Shown one piece after another: positions 1-12,521 of a stretch of DNA of 64,000 nt; position 1 is the stretch's first letter, and each line of letters opens with the position of its first letter. The DNA lies in assembly GCA_043228905.1 (NCBI GenBank), contig JBHGNT010000014.1:11842001-11906000 (forward strand), read 5' to 3'. A model generated the notes under the pieces. It had not been told where the DNA came from. It did no database searches and saw nothing but the letters and a program-made list of their open reading frames with translations. The DNA comes from Azolla caroliniana. Its lineage: Eukaryota; Plantae; Polypodiophyta. Position numbers and translations under genes: made by a program.

Positions 1-3000
1 CGCCGTCGTGAGGGACAGTTTTACGCCTAACCGATCGAATAGTTCCTTGGCCTCTTCCGTGTCCAGCTCACCTTGATCAGCCACGATTTTCCCCACGCAC
101 CCGTATCGGCATATGACATCTTCAATCAGAAACTTACATATTGCTGCGGTGGTCTTTTTCGTTAGTGCTCGCCCCTCCACCTAGTTCATTAGGTCTTCTC
201 TAACCAGCACCAGGTATCGCTTCTGACCCTCTCCTATCGGCATCGTTACTAAGTCGACCATCCATTTGAAGTGCACGGTCGGGGGGTACGTTGGGTGCAG
301 CTCGTCGTGGTGTCAAACCACCGAGTGCATTAGGCAGCTTTCACACATGGACACGAAGTCGTGCACACTCTTATACATACCCGACCACCAGTATTTCTCC
401 TTTAACTTCTCGAATGTGCCCCATGTACTCCGGTGTCCAGACCAAGGGCTTTCGTGGAACTCCGATATTAGCTTCTCTTGATCATCCACCCGCGTTATTA
501 CTCAGAGCGGCGCGTCGTTTCGCCTTTTTGGGACCCTCCAGATTTTCCCGTTCCATCAGAAGTATCGGTATGCCCTTTTTCGCAGTTGTCCCGCCTCCTC
601 CCTAGTCATCATAGGGTCCACCGTCATTGTTTTCAGAAACCTTCCAATTAGAAGCCACTCCCCGTCATAGTCGTCTTCGTCGAACTCGTTCAAGGGCGTA
701 GCGCTTCGCCCTTTTATCCTCATCCTTGGCGATTCGAAGAAGTCCGCGCCGACTTCTTCGTTCTCCGATACCATGCTGTCCTCATCCTCGAACCTTGCTT
801 TTGAAAGCATATCGGCCATGGCGTTATCTTTGCCCGAGATGTGTCGTATCTCTGGGTTCAGGTACTTGATGTGTGCAATCCACCTAAGCATGGCCAAGTC
901 GGGAGTTGCGCATCCGGAGACCATACCGAGAATCGGTAGGTAGTTTGTTTCTATAATCACTTCTGTCTCGATTAGGTAATCTTTGTCAACCTTAACCGCC
1001 AAAACGATACCCCATAGCTCGCGCTTGACTTGGGCGTATCCTCGTGGTCGCTCACTCCGTACCTTCGCACCGAATTGGATAGGGAAACGCGTGCCGTCTT
1101 CGTCCTCTTGATTTATGACCCATCCGATCCCGGCCAGGCTAGTGTCCACCGTGATGTAGACTGGAGTTCCCGGTGCGCATTCTAGTTTGCGTAAAGCTGG
1201 TGCCGCGGTGAGCATTCGTTTTAGCCTTCGGACTGCCTTGGTATGTTCCTTTGTCCATTCAAATTTCCTGCTCTTCTTTAGCAAGCCATAGAGTGGTTCG
1301 GTGACGTGCGCGTAATGAGGAATCCATATGTGGTAAGGCGTATGCTCCTAAGAATCGCCAGACCTCTGTGATGGATCCACACTCCTCCTTCATTGCCGAG
1401 ATGGCCTCTACGTTGGTCGGCGATGGCTTCCGGCCGTACGACCCACATAGATGGCCCACCACTAAGATCTCTAGTTGTCCGAAGGCTGACTTTTCTCCCG
1501 AGAAGGTAACCCACGCGTCTTCGAGCCTCTATAGTATCTTCTCATAGTCGAAGATATGGTCCGTGACAAACCTTCGGCACCCGTCCGCGCCGATCGATTC
1601 ATCCTTGGTGTCCTCTGGACACCCCTTGATAGGGACGTCATCCAGGAAAGGCATGGTGATGTCCGGAATGCAATCCCGCAGGACTCTGTTCATTGCATTC
1701 ACCATGTGTGCCACCGAGTTGGTCCCTCCCTATGGTAGGGTACACATTCGAACTAGGTCGAGAGAGGTTCGCATTGTTGTGATGGCCCTGCTTTCCACGG
1801 CCAGCTGGAACTGGTCGTACCCCGAGTAAAGGTCTCCGACCGAGTATATGGACCTTCCGGCGAAGGCTTCCGCGAACTCATCGATCGACGGCCCAACTCT
1901 CGTATTGCGGATGGTCACCTTGTTGACCGGTTGTAAGTCTTGGATGAAGCGTAACGTACCGTTCTTCTTTGGTACCATAAACCACCGGTTAGAGCAAGGG
2001 GCACTAGATGGTTCGAGGATGCCCAGCTCCACCTTCTGCTTAAGAAGCTCCATCAACATTGGCATGTGAGCTCTCGGTACTTGAATTTGTTTGAGACTCC
2101 ACGACACGTGCAACACGGTAAAGATCACCATCGGTTCAAAAATGGTTGGGTCGATGCATCTGATCTCTCCCGGTAAGAATGCGACGGCTTTCCCGTGCCT
2201 CTCAAGCATCCTTCTGAACCGGTCCTCTTTCGCCGGCAATAGGAAGCCAGCCCCACCGATCTTTAGCTCTCATAGCGTTTTGTCGGTGAAACGGTGTCCT
2301 ATGTCGGCCGGATCTCGCAAGCTCGGGTCAGTAGCGACTCCCTTTATTCGTTCCCAGCTGCCCTCCAGTAAGGGGGCCGTGACAACCTTCACCTTCCGCT
2401 CACCTTGACGTTCGGGCAAGCCCCGTGTAGTTCTTCTGTGGCTCTTGTAACCACGCGTATCTTCCACCCGTGCTTGGTGTTGATCGGCCAATTCCCCTTT
2501 TTGTAGAAGTCCATGGACATCAGGTTAATTTCTGACCCGTGGTCGATTAATGCCACCACTAGTTCTTTCACGTCCCTGATACGAACCGGGGTTTCTGTAG
2601 TCGCTCTTGCCTAGTGCAGCCTCACGTAGTGGCTCTCCGCAAGCTCGTCTTCTGCATCCAGCTTGTCGAGGAGTGTTGCCCTTACCTCAACCGGCTTCTC
2701 AGGCTCCAGCTCCATCGCGAGACACTTTCTTTTCATGAGGTCCACGATGTTGTCGTGGAATGCCATTCTCGCTATGCCAAGCACTTCCCTAAGCATGAGT
2801 TCTATGCGACTGTTGAGAACTCGCTCCTCTAGAACCTTCTGTAGGTTCGTTGTTTTCTTGATCTCCGAGCTTAAACGGAAGCTCGAAACCCTGCCCTTCT
2901 CCTTCTCCTGGGACCCGGTCGGAGTGGCCTCGTGCCTTTTCGGCGCATCGGGTGTCATACCTCCCCGAAGGGCCCGCTCCCCCGGTTTTCCCCACTCGTC

Positions 3001-4278
3001 GATCAGGGCCTCGTAGTTCCTGCACACCGGCCTCCACAAAGCCAGTGCTCTCCTGAACGGGATCACTCCAGCCGGTAATTTCGCGCACACGCTCCTCCTC
3101 GCACTCCGCTTCTCCCTTCTGCAGTCTTCCTCCAGACAAGGTCTCGAGAATAACCGGCCAGAACCCAGGGTTTGAATTGGTTTTGGTCGCCCTTTCACCT
3201 ACCCAGATGCCGGCCGAAGCCGAGTAGTGGACGGCTTCGACGTGCCATGTCGCGGCCTCTTCCATTAGCCTCTTCATTCCACCTCGTCCAAAATTCGTGT
3301 CAAGCAATCTTCGTGTGTCACTCGCATGTATCCTACCATTCGCAAGATAAACTACATTACTTTTGAGCGCTTCACCGAGGTCAGCGCAGTCCCTCCGAGA
3401 ATGTCCGATGGCGTCGCACCATATGCACCTCTGATTGGTCGACAGTCATCAGTCGCGCGGTTGACACTCGTCGCTTCGTCGGGCCTGGGCGATCCGGAGG
3501 TCGTGAACCATCCTTGTTAGTTCTTCGAGTCCTACGCCGCCTACAGGCCCCGCGACTACGTTTGCCGGGGGTGGGCTAGCTCGAGCCAGCTCCTTGTTTC
3601 TTCAATTCGTGTCGGTGTCGGCTCGGCTCTAGTTTCGACAGCTGGTTTGGATGGCGAGGACCCCCTTTCTTTCCAATCTCGCCGTTTGTCAATCCTGCTG
3701 CATACTTCTTTGACGGTCGCCCAGTCAATCGTGAGACCGCGGTTGGTTTCTAGAAGAAGACCCACGCTTTCCCGGACGCGTGAGTCAAACGACGTGACGA
3801 AAAACAAGACTTTGCTTGCTTTGCGCATGGTTCGGTCCAATCTAGAGAGCTACGCGAACCGTGACTCGAACTCCTGGAGGAGCGCTGAAGTGTTTTGACC
3901 CTTGTCAAGGTTGTTGACCCAATCCATAAAGTCCTTTCACGATAGTCAGAGCGAGTCGTCATATCTGTATCTTTCGAGAACTTCCTCCGCGAACTCCACC
4001 CAATCACGATAGCCCACTTGTATTTCGGTCATCTCCGTATGGACGTGTGGTGTCGCGACCCGGGGAAACCCTGTCAACCGTCTATCCTTGGGTATATTCC
4101 TCATCTATATTTCAGATTTGTAGGCCTCCAAGTAACTCGTGGCGTCTTTCCCACTGAACCGGCCTATCTTGTCGACCGTTGCTTCTATGGCCCTATCGAG
4201 GGCACTCACGCACTCGCGAGTGCTAACCAGGCGGTCTACCGCCACCGCCATTGCTTCTCCAAGTTCGCTCCCTCTCAT
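1..4278 (-). pseudogene. gag-pol: gag-PR and pol of element A, broken by stops, frameshifts and a deletion near 2400
   Basis: ATG at 4278 (MRGSELGEAMAVAVD; compare MKGADLAEAMASAVD of I); ORF pieces 3556-3840, 2789-3307, 2611-3198, 2389-2571, 1730-2239, 1529-1714, 556-1284. Confidence 0.92.
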
Positions 4279-4303
4279 TTTCAGATTCGTTTGCCAACCC
4301 TCC

Positions 4304-4320
4304 TCACGTCGGGTTCACCA
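4304..4320 (-). promoter_or_regulatory. Primer-binding site, tRNA-Trp (element A)
   Basis: TGGTGAACCCGACGTGA on the minus strand, 4 nt from the LTR end; complementary to the plant tRNA-Trp 3' end (TCACGTCGGGTTCACCA). Confidence 0.88.
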
Positions 4321-4324
4321 AATA

Positions 4325-5108
4325 TGTCGAGGAAATCCTCGCGGATGCGTAGAAGTTGGGCAGGACCATGATGGTCTTGAACCAAGGAATCAAGAAGTGA
4401 GGGGGGAAGAGTCTGCGATTTACATCAGCCCCAAGACCGCGGTTTAAACAGAAAAGATTTAGCGAAATGAGAGAGATAGTGTAGGAGGATCGTGCGTAGA
4501 CACAAGCACAGACAGATATGCTAAGAATAACTTGCATTAGGTGGATAAGCTTCTATTAATCAATATATGCGCGTAGCGCCCTGGGTGATTACAACCAGAT
4601 TAGTGTCGGTGTTTGAACGTTGGCTCTTCAGTAGTCAAATACGAAGTTGAGTGGGCACGCAGAAGGTTGATCCCTGGTCGGGAGGACTCAGGCGTTTGAC
4701 GCGAGCAAGGGAAGCGCTTTCCGGTGACACGTCGTAGGACTCCTCGTCTTCTTTTGTCTCCATTTTCTTTTTTCCTCTCTAGTCCCCTCTCGATTACTTC
4801 CCCAAAAATGAAATCCCCTCTAACAGTCAAAGGTCGCCCCTTTTATAGCACAAGGAGCGACCGTTACAAGGCATTCATGACTTGTCGCTTTCCCTTCCTA
4901 GATTCTCCCCCCTGATTTGCTCTTCTCGTAACTCCCCCTACTTAGGTGTTGTCGAAATCCCTATTAATGCCTTAACTACCTAGTACACCTCCTTCTACCT
5001 ATGCCTAGTACTTACACTATTTAATTCACTAGGGGTGTGCACGAGTGCACACTAGTGCTCCCGTGCGTTTCACCTTGTTTCCGCCTATGGCCCGGAATCT
5101 TCACGACA
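4325..5108 (-). repeat. 5' LTR of element A
   Basis: TGTCGTGAAGA...TCGACA on the minus strand, same 5' terminus as B and I LTRs; adjacent to PBS. Confidence 0.85.
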
Positions 5109-5112
5109 CCGT

Positions 5113-5496
5113 GTTTTCCGCATCAGCCTAGTAACATTTCGATAGATTTTTCACCTTCATCATTGCCATTGCCACCTCCAACATGAGCCGATTTTTCCTT
5201 TCAGCCACTCTGTTTTGCCAAGGTGTGTGTCGGCAGGTAAACTCCCACGCCGAATTCATTCTTGTCGAAGGTACATTGGGAAGGTATAAGAGAAGTACTG
5301 TAATCTCCTTCTCGGTAAACGTTGGGCATTTGATGATCTAGCTTATCGAGATCAGATTCTTCATTACTATTGGAACATGCAAAACGTTCTTGATGTAGGT
5401 TTGGTTGCCCTCTTCACCGAATTGGACATTACTAACATACTAAATGGAGTGAATTGTGTCATCCACAATTTCCACATAGCCGGGTCGTTTGGGCTT
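5113..5496 (-). pseudogene. Old Ty1/copia element J, integrase / GAG-pre-integrase fragment
   Basis: Minus strand reads ..EFTCRHTPWQNRVAERKNRLMLEVA.. (copia integrase core); continues on the far side of element D. Confidence 0.8.
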
Positions 5497-6019
5497 TGTT
5501 GAGAGACAAGCTCAACATTGGGTGTGTAAACAGGTGCGTAACCCAGTACGTAGACAAGGTGTGTAAAACCGTACACTAAATATAGTCATGATGGTGTTTA
5601 AATCGAGAGGCCGTTAGAATGTTACTCCTCGTAAGGAATAGTTTTGGGAATTAGTGTAGAAGGCTCATTTATGAGCGATCAAGTATTGTCAATACTTGTG
5701 TTAGCCCCAATAGTCGAGGCTTCTATAAAAGGTGTTGACTAAGCACCAAATATGTACAGAGAACATACAGAGAATATGTACAGGGCGAATATCGAGGGGC
5801 GACTATCACTACGTGCGAAATCATTTGGCTGAAATGGCTATTAGGGGATCTGCATGTGGAGGTGTCCGAGAACATATATAGAATTCTTTTTTAATATAGT
5901 TTTGTGTTTCTGCTCTCCCCCTCTTTCTATATGATTTTTGTGTTTTACCGAACTGACATACTTCCGAACTATGTACTTTGTGTTCTTACGTATATGCTTC
6001 CACACACGTATTCTTTTCA
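5497..6019 (+). repeat. 5' LTR of copia D (contains an inserted RNase H fragment)
   Basis: Homologous to 26513-26900, with an extra segment at about 5770-5880. Confidence 0.9.
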
Positions 6020-6031
6020 TGGTATCAGAGC
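6020..6031 (+). promoter_or_regulatory. PBS, tRNA-iMet (copia D)
   Basis: TGGTATCAGAGC immediately after the LTR-terminal CA. Confidence 0.95.
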
Positions 6032-6121
6032 GCGAGGGTTGAGACTCCTCTACAGCCGATAGAAAATATTACGATAAGGAGAGAGTTAAGTTATTGTTTT
6101 CGGAAAGGATAAGATAGCAAT

Positions 6122-6940
6122 ATGGACAGAGGAATGGGAAGTTCGCTACCGATTGAGAAGCTCGATAGGAGCAACTACGCATCTTGGTCATACAAGATGC
6201 ACCAGTACCTACTTGGTCATGGTTACTAAAGTTATGTTGAAGGAGCTAATGATATAGCGCCCGAATCTACACACAAAGATTTTTCGTCTTGGGAACAAGC
6301 GGCAAGCAAAGTTGTTTACAACTTCACGTCCTGTGTGAGCGACCAGCTCTTGAGCTACATTCGGGATGCTAAGACGACAAAGGAAGCATGGGTGAATATC
6401 AAGAGGATTTTCACCACTAGCACAACGGCTAGGAAGCTGCAGCTCAAGCAGGAGCTCAACAATGTTTGACAGAAGGATTTGTCGGTGGCTAATTAAACAT
6501 CCTGTATCAAGGAAATCTACGACTCTCTCGCCTCAGTCAAGTGAACGTCGAGGAGGACGAAATGGTGCAGGTGTGTCTTGGTGGGCCCCGTGGTCGTGGC
6601 GGCCAAGGCAGATCAGCGCGCAATGGAGGCAGCAAAAAAGAGCGGAACGTGCAGCGTAATCGAAATGCCGGAAGCAATTCTGAACCCTCCGGAATTAGGG
6701 GAAGTCATAGCGGCGCTGGAAACCAGCAACAGAAGGTTGTGACGGATTGCTGGTACTGTGGCAAAAATGGCCACAAGGAGAGCGAGTGCTGGAAGAAGAG
6801 AGCCGATTCGAACAAAGCTGAATCGAGCGGAAGAGACGTAGGAAGGCATCAGAAATCGCACTCGCCGAAGGCTCCGAACGATCCGGGAATGGATTGGGCC
6901 CAACCTTCATAATGAAGCACAAGGCCAATTCCATGGCCGT
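6122..6940 (+). pseudogene. gag: copia D gag (5' part)
   Basis: MDRGMGSSLPIEKLDRSNYASWSYKM..; zinc knuckle CWYCGKNGHKESEC; reading resumes after element B with ..VWYVDFGASNHMT. Confidence 0.88.
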
Positions 6941-7740
6941 TGTCGTGAAGATTTTCGGCAACCGTGTGAAAATTGTGTGCAATAAATGCAATCGAGAAGG
7001 TGCAATGTGCACGTGTGAAGGGGGTGAAGGCCACATGCATATGCTAGCATTTTGTAAATAGGACTGAAATGAGAATCGTAAAAGAAAAGCTAGATGTAAA
7101 GTTGAACATGTGCACGTATGATGTGCGCTCAATTGTAAATATAAAAACAGAAGAAGACTAAAGCCTAGTAATATTTGGGTGCATACAAAGGGGTGCAAGC
7201 CATGCTTGATCCTTACACCTACAAGATAAGAACCAATAGGCTTACCACTAAGTCAAGCCATTTCATTGAAGTTTATTTTCATCGTTATACTTTTCACATG
7301 TAAATTCCCATACATGAGACCTTAGATGAGTGACATGGTCATCATGCATAACATGTGATGCATGAACGCCGAAATGGCAAGCATGCATTGTATGCATGTC
7401 TTGTACCCTCACATGCATCATATGCATGGGTGCATCTATAAAAGAGTATAGGAAAAAGGAATGGAAATCAAGCAAGCTTTGTACTTTATATCAAAATTAG
7501 TATTAAGAAACTAGTTATCCTATTGGTAATGTATCTTCTCCCTCAAAATTGAAGTCCTAGGTTCAATCTCTCTCTTCCTCAGTCTATCTCAAAATAAATT
7601 GGAATCTTAATATCGATCTCTCTCTCTCAATCTATCTTACATCCTTTCTCGCTAAAGCTAGTGCAAATCTCGAATCCTCCGGTCGAAGACCCTGGCGGTT
7701 CCGCCTCACGATCCGCACGTAGTGATGGATCTTCACGACA
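6941..7740 (+). repeat. 5' LTR of element B
   Basis: TGTCGTGAAGA...TCTTCACGACA with terminal inverted repeat; matches 11424-11835 plus 21365-21751. Confidence 0.92.
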
Positions 7741-7806
7741 TAATTAATTGGTGAACCCAACGTGAAAGAGGCGGTAGGAAGGATCAAGTCGAGGATCAAC
7801 TGATAC

Positions 7807-9057
7807 TTGGAGATGGCATCCTCAAGCAATCAAGCGGGAGAGTTCGAAAGGATAATGTTGATCGTAGAACAAATGATGAGATCTCGAGACAACGATGGGA
7901 ACGTGGAGAAGGCAGTCGACCGTGTCATAGAGCTGGAGGGTCAATTTGACGGAAGCAACATTACGAAGTTCCTTGATGTATACAAAAGGGAGATGAATCA
8001 GAGGGACGTGTCTAAAGCACGTCAAATCACAAGTTTCGAGAGAGTGGTCGCCTACAACATCCAAAGGCGCGTCATCGAGCTTCAAGAAGGGAAGACAACG
8101 TGGTCGGAGTTCGAGAAAGTGATATTAGCGGAGTTCGCGACGGAAGATTTGTTGAGGAAGACTCAACATACCTTGATGAAGTGGATAGAAAAGAAGAATA
8201 AGAGGATGAGCGCTTCGAGGGTGTACGACAAGTTCGACCAAATGTTTTGTCGTCTCCCCGCCACGGACCAAGTGTTGCTTGAGGAGAACAAGACTTTGTA
8301 ATTCTTGAAAGCCATGGACATGAAGGACAGACGAGAATTCGGGACTCTTCTTGAAGATGATTCCCAAGAAAACGGGCTTGTGGCAGATTGGATTGCGGTG
8401 AAGCGGGCGTGCAATAGGCTCGACAAGCGTCATCAGTGGGTTGATGACATCAACTTGGCAGGATCGACTATGGAGAGAACGAGACAACCCAAAGTCGTTG
8501 AACCAACCAAACAAAGCAACCTAGAAGAAAAGAAGATTAATGATGACATCATCGAAGAATTGGCAAAAAAGTTCGAGACGGTCACACTAGCGAACATGAA
8601 TCATTGGGGCCCGAAAGGAAAAGAACCCTTTAGATGTGTGTGGTGCGACAGATTGGACCACATGTGAAGGGAGTGCGTGGGCCTTCGAGAGACCATCCGA
8701 CAAAATATCATATACATGGATGACAACATGATCTGCTCGAGTGAAACTTGAAGACCCCTGCAAATGAATTTCGGAATAGGGGGAATGAAGAAATCTATGG
8801 AAGATGCTCAGGCGACTCACGTGGATGCGATGCACTATGCTGCATTGGCTGGAATTAGAGTCAGAAAAGATAAAAATGAAGCTGCTAGAACAGGAATAAA
8901 GTTTTGGTCTTTTGTTCTCGAGTGTAAGAAGAAGGGCAAAGTTACTTCAAACGATGTAGAGTTTGTGGACAAAAGTGTACAAAGTATCACCGGATGGTCG
9001 GATCTAGAAGATGACAACACCATACTCGCGGGAGCGATGTATGAATCAAGAATTTAA
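7807..9057 (+). pseudogene. gag: gag of element B, copy 1
   Basis: Homologous to I gag (GLVADWIAVKRAC, CVWCDRLDH, NFGIGGMKK); in-frame stops. Confidence 0.88.
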
Positions 9058-10100
9058 TAAGAAGAAAATTGGTTATCCAATTGATGATATATCTTGTTCT
9101 TCAAAACTAAAGTCAAGAGTTCAATCTTAATCTCTCTCTCCATTTCAAACTTTCTCAAACTTTCTCATAATTGGAATCTTAATCTCAATCTCTCTTTCTG
9201 AATCTATCTTAAATCCTTTCTCACTAAAGATAGTGCAAATTTCGAATCCTTTTTGTCCAGGACCCCGGCGGTTTCGCACAGAGTGACGAATCTTCACAAC
9301 ATAATTAAGTGGTGAACCCGACGTGAAGGGGTGGTAGGAAGGATCAAGTCAAGGATCGACCGATAGTTGGAGATGGCATCCTCGAGCAATCAAGCGGGAG
9401 AGTTCGAAAGGATGATGCTAATTGTCGAACAAATGATGAGATCTCGAGACAACGATGCGAGCGTGGAGAAGGTCGTGGACTGTGTCGTAGAGATTGAGGG
9501 TCAAATTGATGGAAGGAAAATTACAAAGTTCCTTGATGTATATAGAAGGGAGATGAATCAAAGGGATGTGTCTGAAGCACGTCAAATCTCTAGTTTCAAG
9601 GGAGTTGCCACCAACAACATCTAAAGGCGGGTCATCAAGCTTTAAGAAAGGAAGACAACATGGTCACAGTTCGACAGAGCAATATTAGCGGAGTTTGCGA
9701 TGGAAAATTTGTCAAGGATGATTCGACATGTCTTGATGAAATGGATAGAGAAGAAAAATAAGAAGATGAGTGCTTCGAGGGTGTACGACGAGTTCGATCA
9801 AATGTTTCGTTGTCTCCCCGCCACGGACCAAGTGCTATTTGAGGAAGACAAGACTTTGTACTTCCTGAAAGTTGTGGATATGAAGGATAGACGAGAATTG
9901 GGAACTCTCCTCGAAGATGTACCCAAGCGAACGGGCTTGTGGCAGATTGGGTTGCAGTGAAGCAAGTGTGCAACAAGCTCGACATGCGTCGTCAATGGCT
10001 TGATGACATTGACTTGGAAAGGCCGAGCGTAGAAACAACAAGACCATGTAAAGAAGTCGAGCCGCCTGAACAACACATTCTAGATGAAAAGAAGATTGAT
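9050..10100 (+). repeat. Internal second copy of U5-PBS-gag in element B
   Basis: About 9050-9301 resembles the LTR 3' end (..TCTTCACAACA); second PBS TGGTGAACCCGACGTGA at 9310-9326; gag copy 2 from 9367 (MEMASSSNQAGEFER). Confidence 0.88.
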
Positions 10101-11423
10101 GATGACTATGGCGAAGGCCACTTTGAGGCAAGATGAATGTTTCGGGACACGTGTCCTGTTCGAAACAACGGATGAAGAAGCAACAAGCCTAATTGAAGCT
10201 TTCTTCAAGGGAGATAAAGAGTGTGAGGATGACATGATGGAGGATCTAGCCACTAAAATCGACATCAAGGAGGTGGCTATGAACAAGAAAACAAGCGTCG
10301 ACAATGACCACAACCAAATTTTCTCCGCGCTTGTTCCAGAGACTTGGGTAGTTGCGTCTGAGAACCAACATGAGACCCAAGAGATGGAAGGTGGCGAAGA
10401 GGAACTGAATATCGAAGTTGATACATGCAACAAAGAGAGAAGAATAATCAAAGCTTGCTCGATCAAGAAGGTCAATGGGTACGAGGCCCATGAGATTGAA
10501 GAGATAACCACGAGAAATGACATCAAGTCAGAGGTGGTTATGGACGAATTAATGGCAGATGGCCGCATCAAGGATTCCTTCACACATGTTCTAGAGACTT
10601 GGGCAATGCATTTCAAAGACAACGTGAGACCCAAGAGAAAGAAGATGATGGTGGGGAAGCGAAGTTCCAAGCCGATGCAAATAATGATGTTGAGGCGTGG
10701 CCAACAAATACATCTGGATATCTCCACAATCGTTTTGGAGACTTGGGCATTAACCGGTGTAAGACCCAAGAGAAGGACAATGACGGAGAAGAAGCAAGGG
10801 TTGAAGCTAATGTGCGGGAGCAAGAGGTCAAGCAAAGCATAAAGACAAAAGTGGATGCGTGCAACAAAGAGTCTGAGCAAAGTATGACAAGGGATGATGA
10901 TGGCCAAGCCAGCAATGAGGATCCGAAGGGTGTGAATAAAGAAAGCATCTAACAGAGACACTAGTGTGAAGATTGTCAACTCTAACATGAGATTGTACCA
11001 TGAAAATGGACAAAGTGAGAAACATAGAGCATGGTCGCGTAAGGATCTCAAAGTGGGCATGCACTTGAAGGTACTACATGGGGTAGTCAATATCATTATT
11101 CAGATAAAGGCTTGGGGAAAAAGACACAAAACAAAAATGTGTGATGGGTCAAAGTGCCTTGAGCAAGGAGACGATTGGGACAAAGGTGGAACATGCATAA
11201 AGCCTAAACGGATATGCTTGAAAGAAGAATAAGAGACCATGATAACCGGTCATGGTAAAGCAAAGAATGAGCGAATGATATGGTGGATTGGGTGGCGACA
11301 ATGGTTCAAGTGAAAGGAATAGACATGCTTGAAATAGAGGAATTGTAACAATCACCGTAGCCGAAATTTCACACACTCTCTTCTTGGCACGTACTAGAGG
11401 ACGTGCAGTTTGGTGGGGCTGGA

Positions 11424-11835
11424 TGTCGTGAAGAGTTTCGGCAACGATGTGAAAATTGTCTGCAATGAATGAAATCGAGAAGGTGCAATGTGCACGTGTG
11501 AAAGGGGTGAAGGTCACACGCATATGCTAGCATGTTTTAAATAGGACTAAAATGAGAATCGTAAAAGAAAAACTAGATGTAAAGTTAAACATGTGCACGT
11601 ATGATGTGCGCTCAATTGTAAATATAAAAAAAAAAAAAGACTAAAGCCTAGTAATATTTGGGTGCATACAAAGGGGTGCAATCTAAGCTTGATCCTTACA
11701 CCTACAAGATAAGAACCAATAGGCTTACCACTAAGTCAAGCTATTTCTTTGAAGTTTATTTTCATCGTTATACTTTTCACATGTAAATTCCCATACATGA
11801 GACCTTAGATGAGTGACATGGTCATCATGCATGAC
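11424..11835 (+). repeat. 3' LTR of element B, left part
   Basis: Matches the start of the 5' LTR from 6941; preceded by the G-rich tract GGTGGGGCTGGA. Confidence 0.9.
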
Positions 11836-12271
11836 TGTTACCGGCCGGCAAAGGAGTCCAGAGTGGGAAATGGAGAGTTATTTAAGTAGTAGGAATGTGG
11901 TTGTAATTAAGCTATGAGTGTGGATGGACGGACCGGAATCGGTATGCCGTTCCGGATCCGGACCGATCCCGAACAGCTGCGGATGGCACCGTTTTGTAAT
12001 ACAGACCGGAAACCTATTTAAAGGCCCGGATACAATGTAATGAATAGCGGTTAATTAATAAAAGGCTTAGCGTTGTTATCTCTCTGTGTTAATTGCTGTT
12101 CTGTCTTAATTGTTATATCTTACGCGTGTGATTATGAAAGACGATCATGCTAAGTAACTTAATTAAGTCGGATTAAGTGTTGAGTCTAATCCGGTTGCCG
12201 TAACACCCTTTGGTGAAGTGTCTTCTGTAGACACCCTGTGTTAGGCCATTGTCCGGCCCTAAGAGTTAACA
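11836..12271 (+). repeat. 5' LTR of element C
   Basis: TGTTA...TAACA, direct repeat of 20924-21359. Confidence 0.97.
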
Positions 12272-12278
12272 CAGTTTT

Positions 12279-12295
12279 TGGCGACCACGATGGGA
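12279..12295 (+). promoter_or_regulatory. PBS, probably tRNA-Arg(UCG) (element C)
   Basis: TGGCGACCACGATGGGA, 7 nt after the LTR. Confidence 0.75.
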
Positions 12296-12521
12296 TACCT
12301 TACCGACACCGGAACCGGAAGTGCTAACGTTGGAACCCCCGGAACCAGCAGAGGAAGAGCGACCTCCGACACTAGAAGTCGAAGAGGAGAGGCCTCCGTC
12401 ACCAAAAGAAGAGGAAAAACCACCGACGCCGGAAACAAATCGGGAAAGACCACCGACACCGGAGAAAATTCTGGAACAAGCACCAACACTGCCAGCCCGC
12501 GCACCGATACCGGACGACGAC

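Larger units (their letters stand above)
1..5108 (-). mobile_element. Element A: degenerate Ty3/gypsy LTR retrotransposon (tRNA-Trp-primed family, relative of element I); 3' part runs off the window
   Basis: Minus-strand fragments of gag, protease (LIDHGSEINLM), RT (FLDDVPIKG), RNase H and integrase are collinear with ORFs 56144-61758; PBS and 5' LTR present. Confidence 0.95.

Noticed and set aside
10080-11096. 338-aa hydrophobic minus-strand ORF
   Set aside because: Antisense shadow of a purine-rich + strand; no recognisable motifs.
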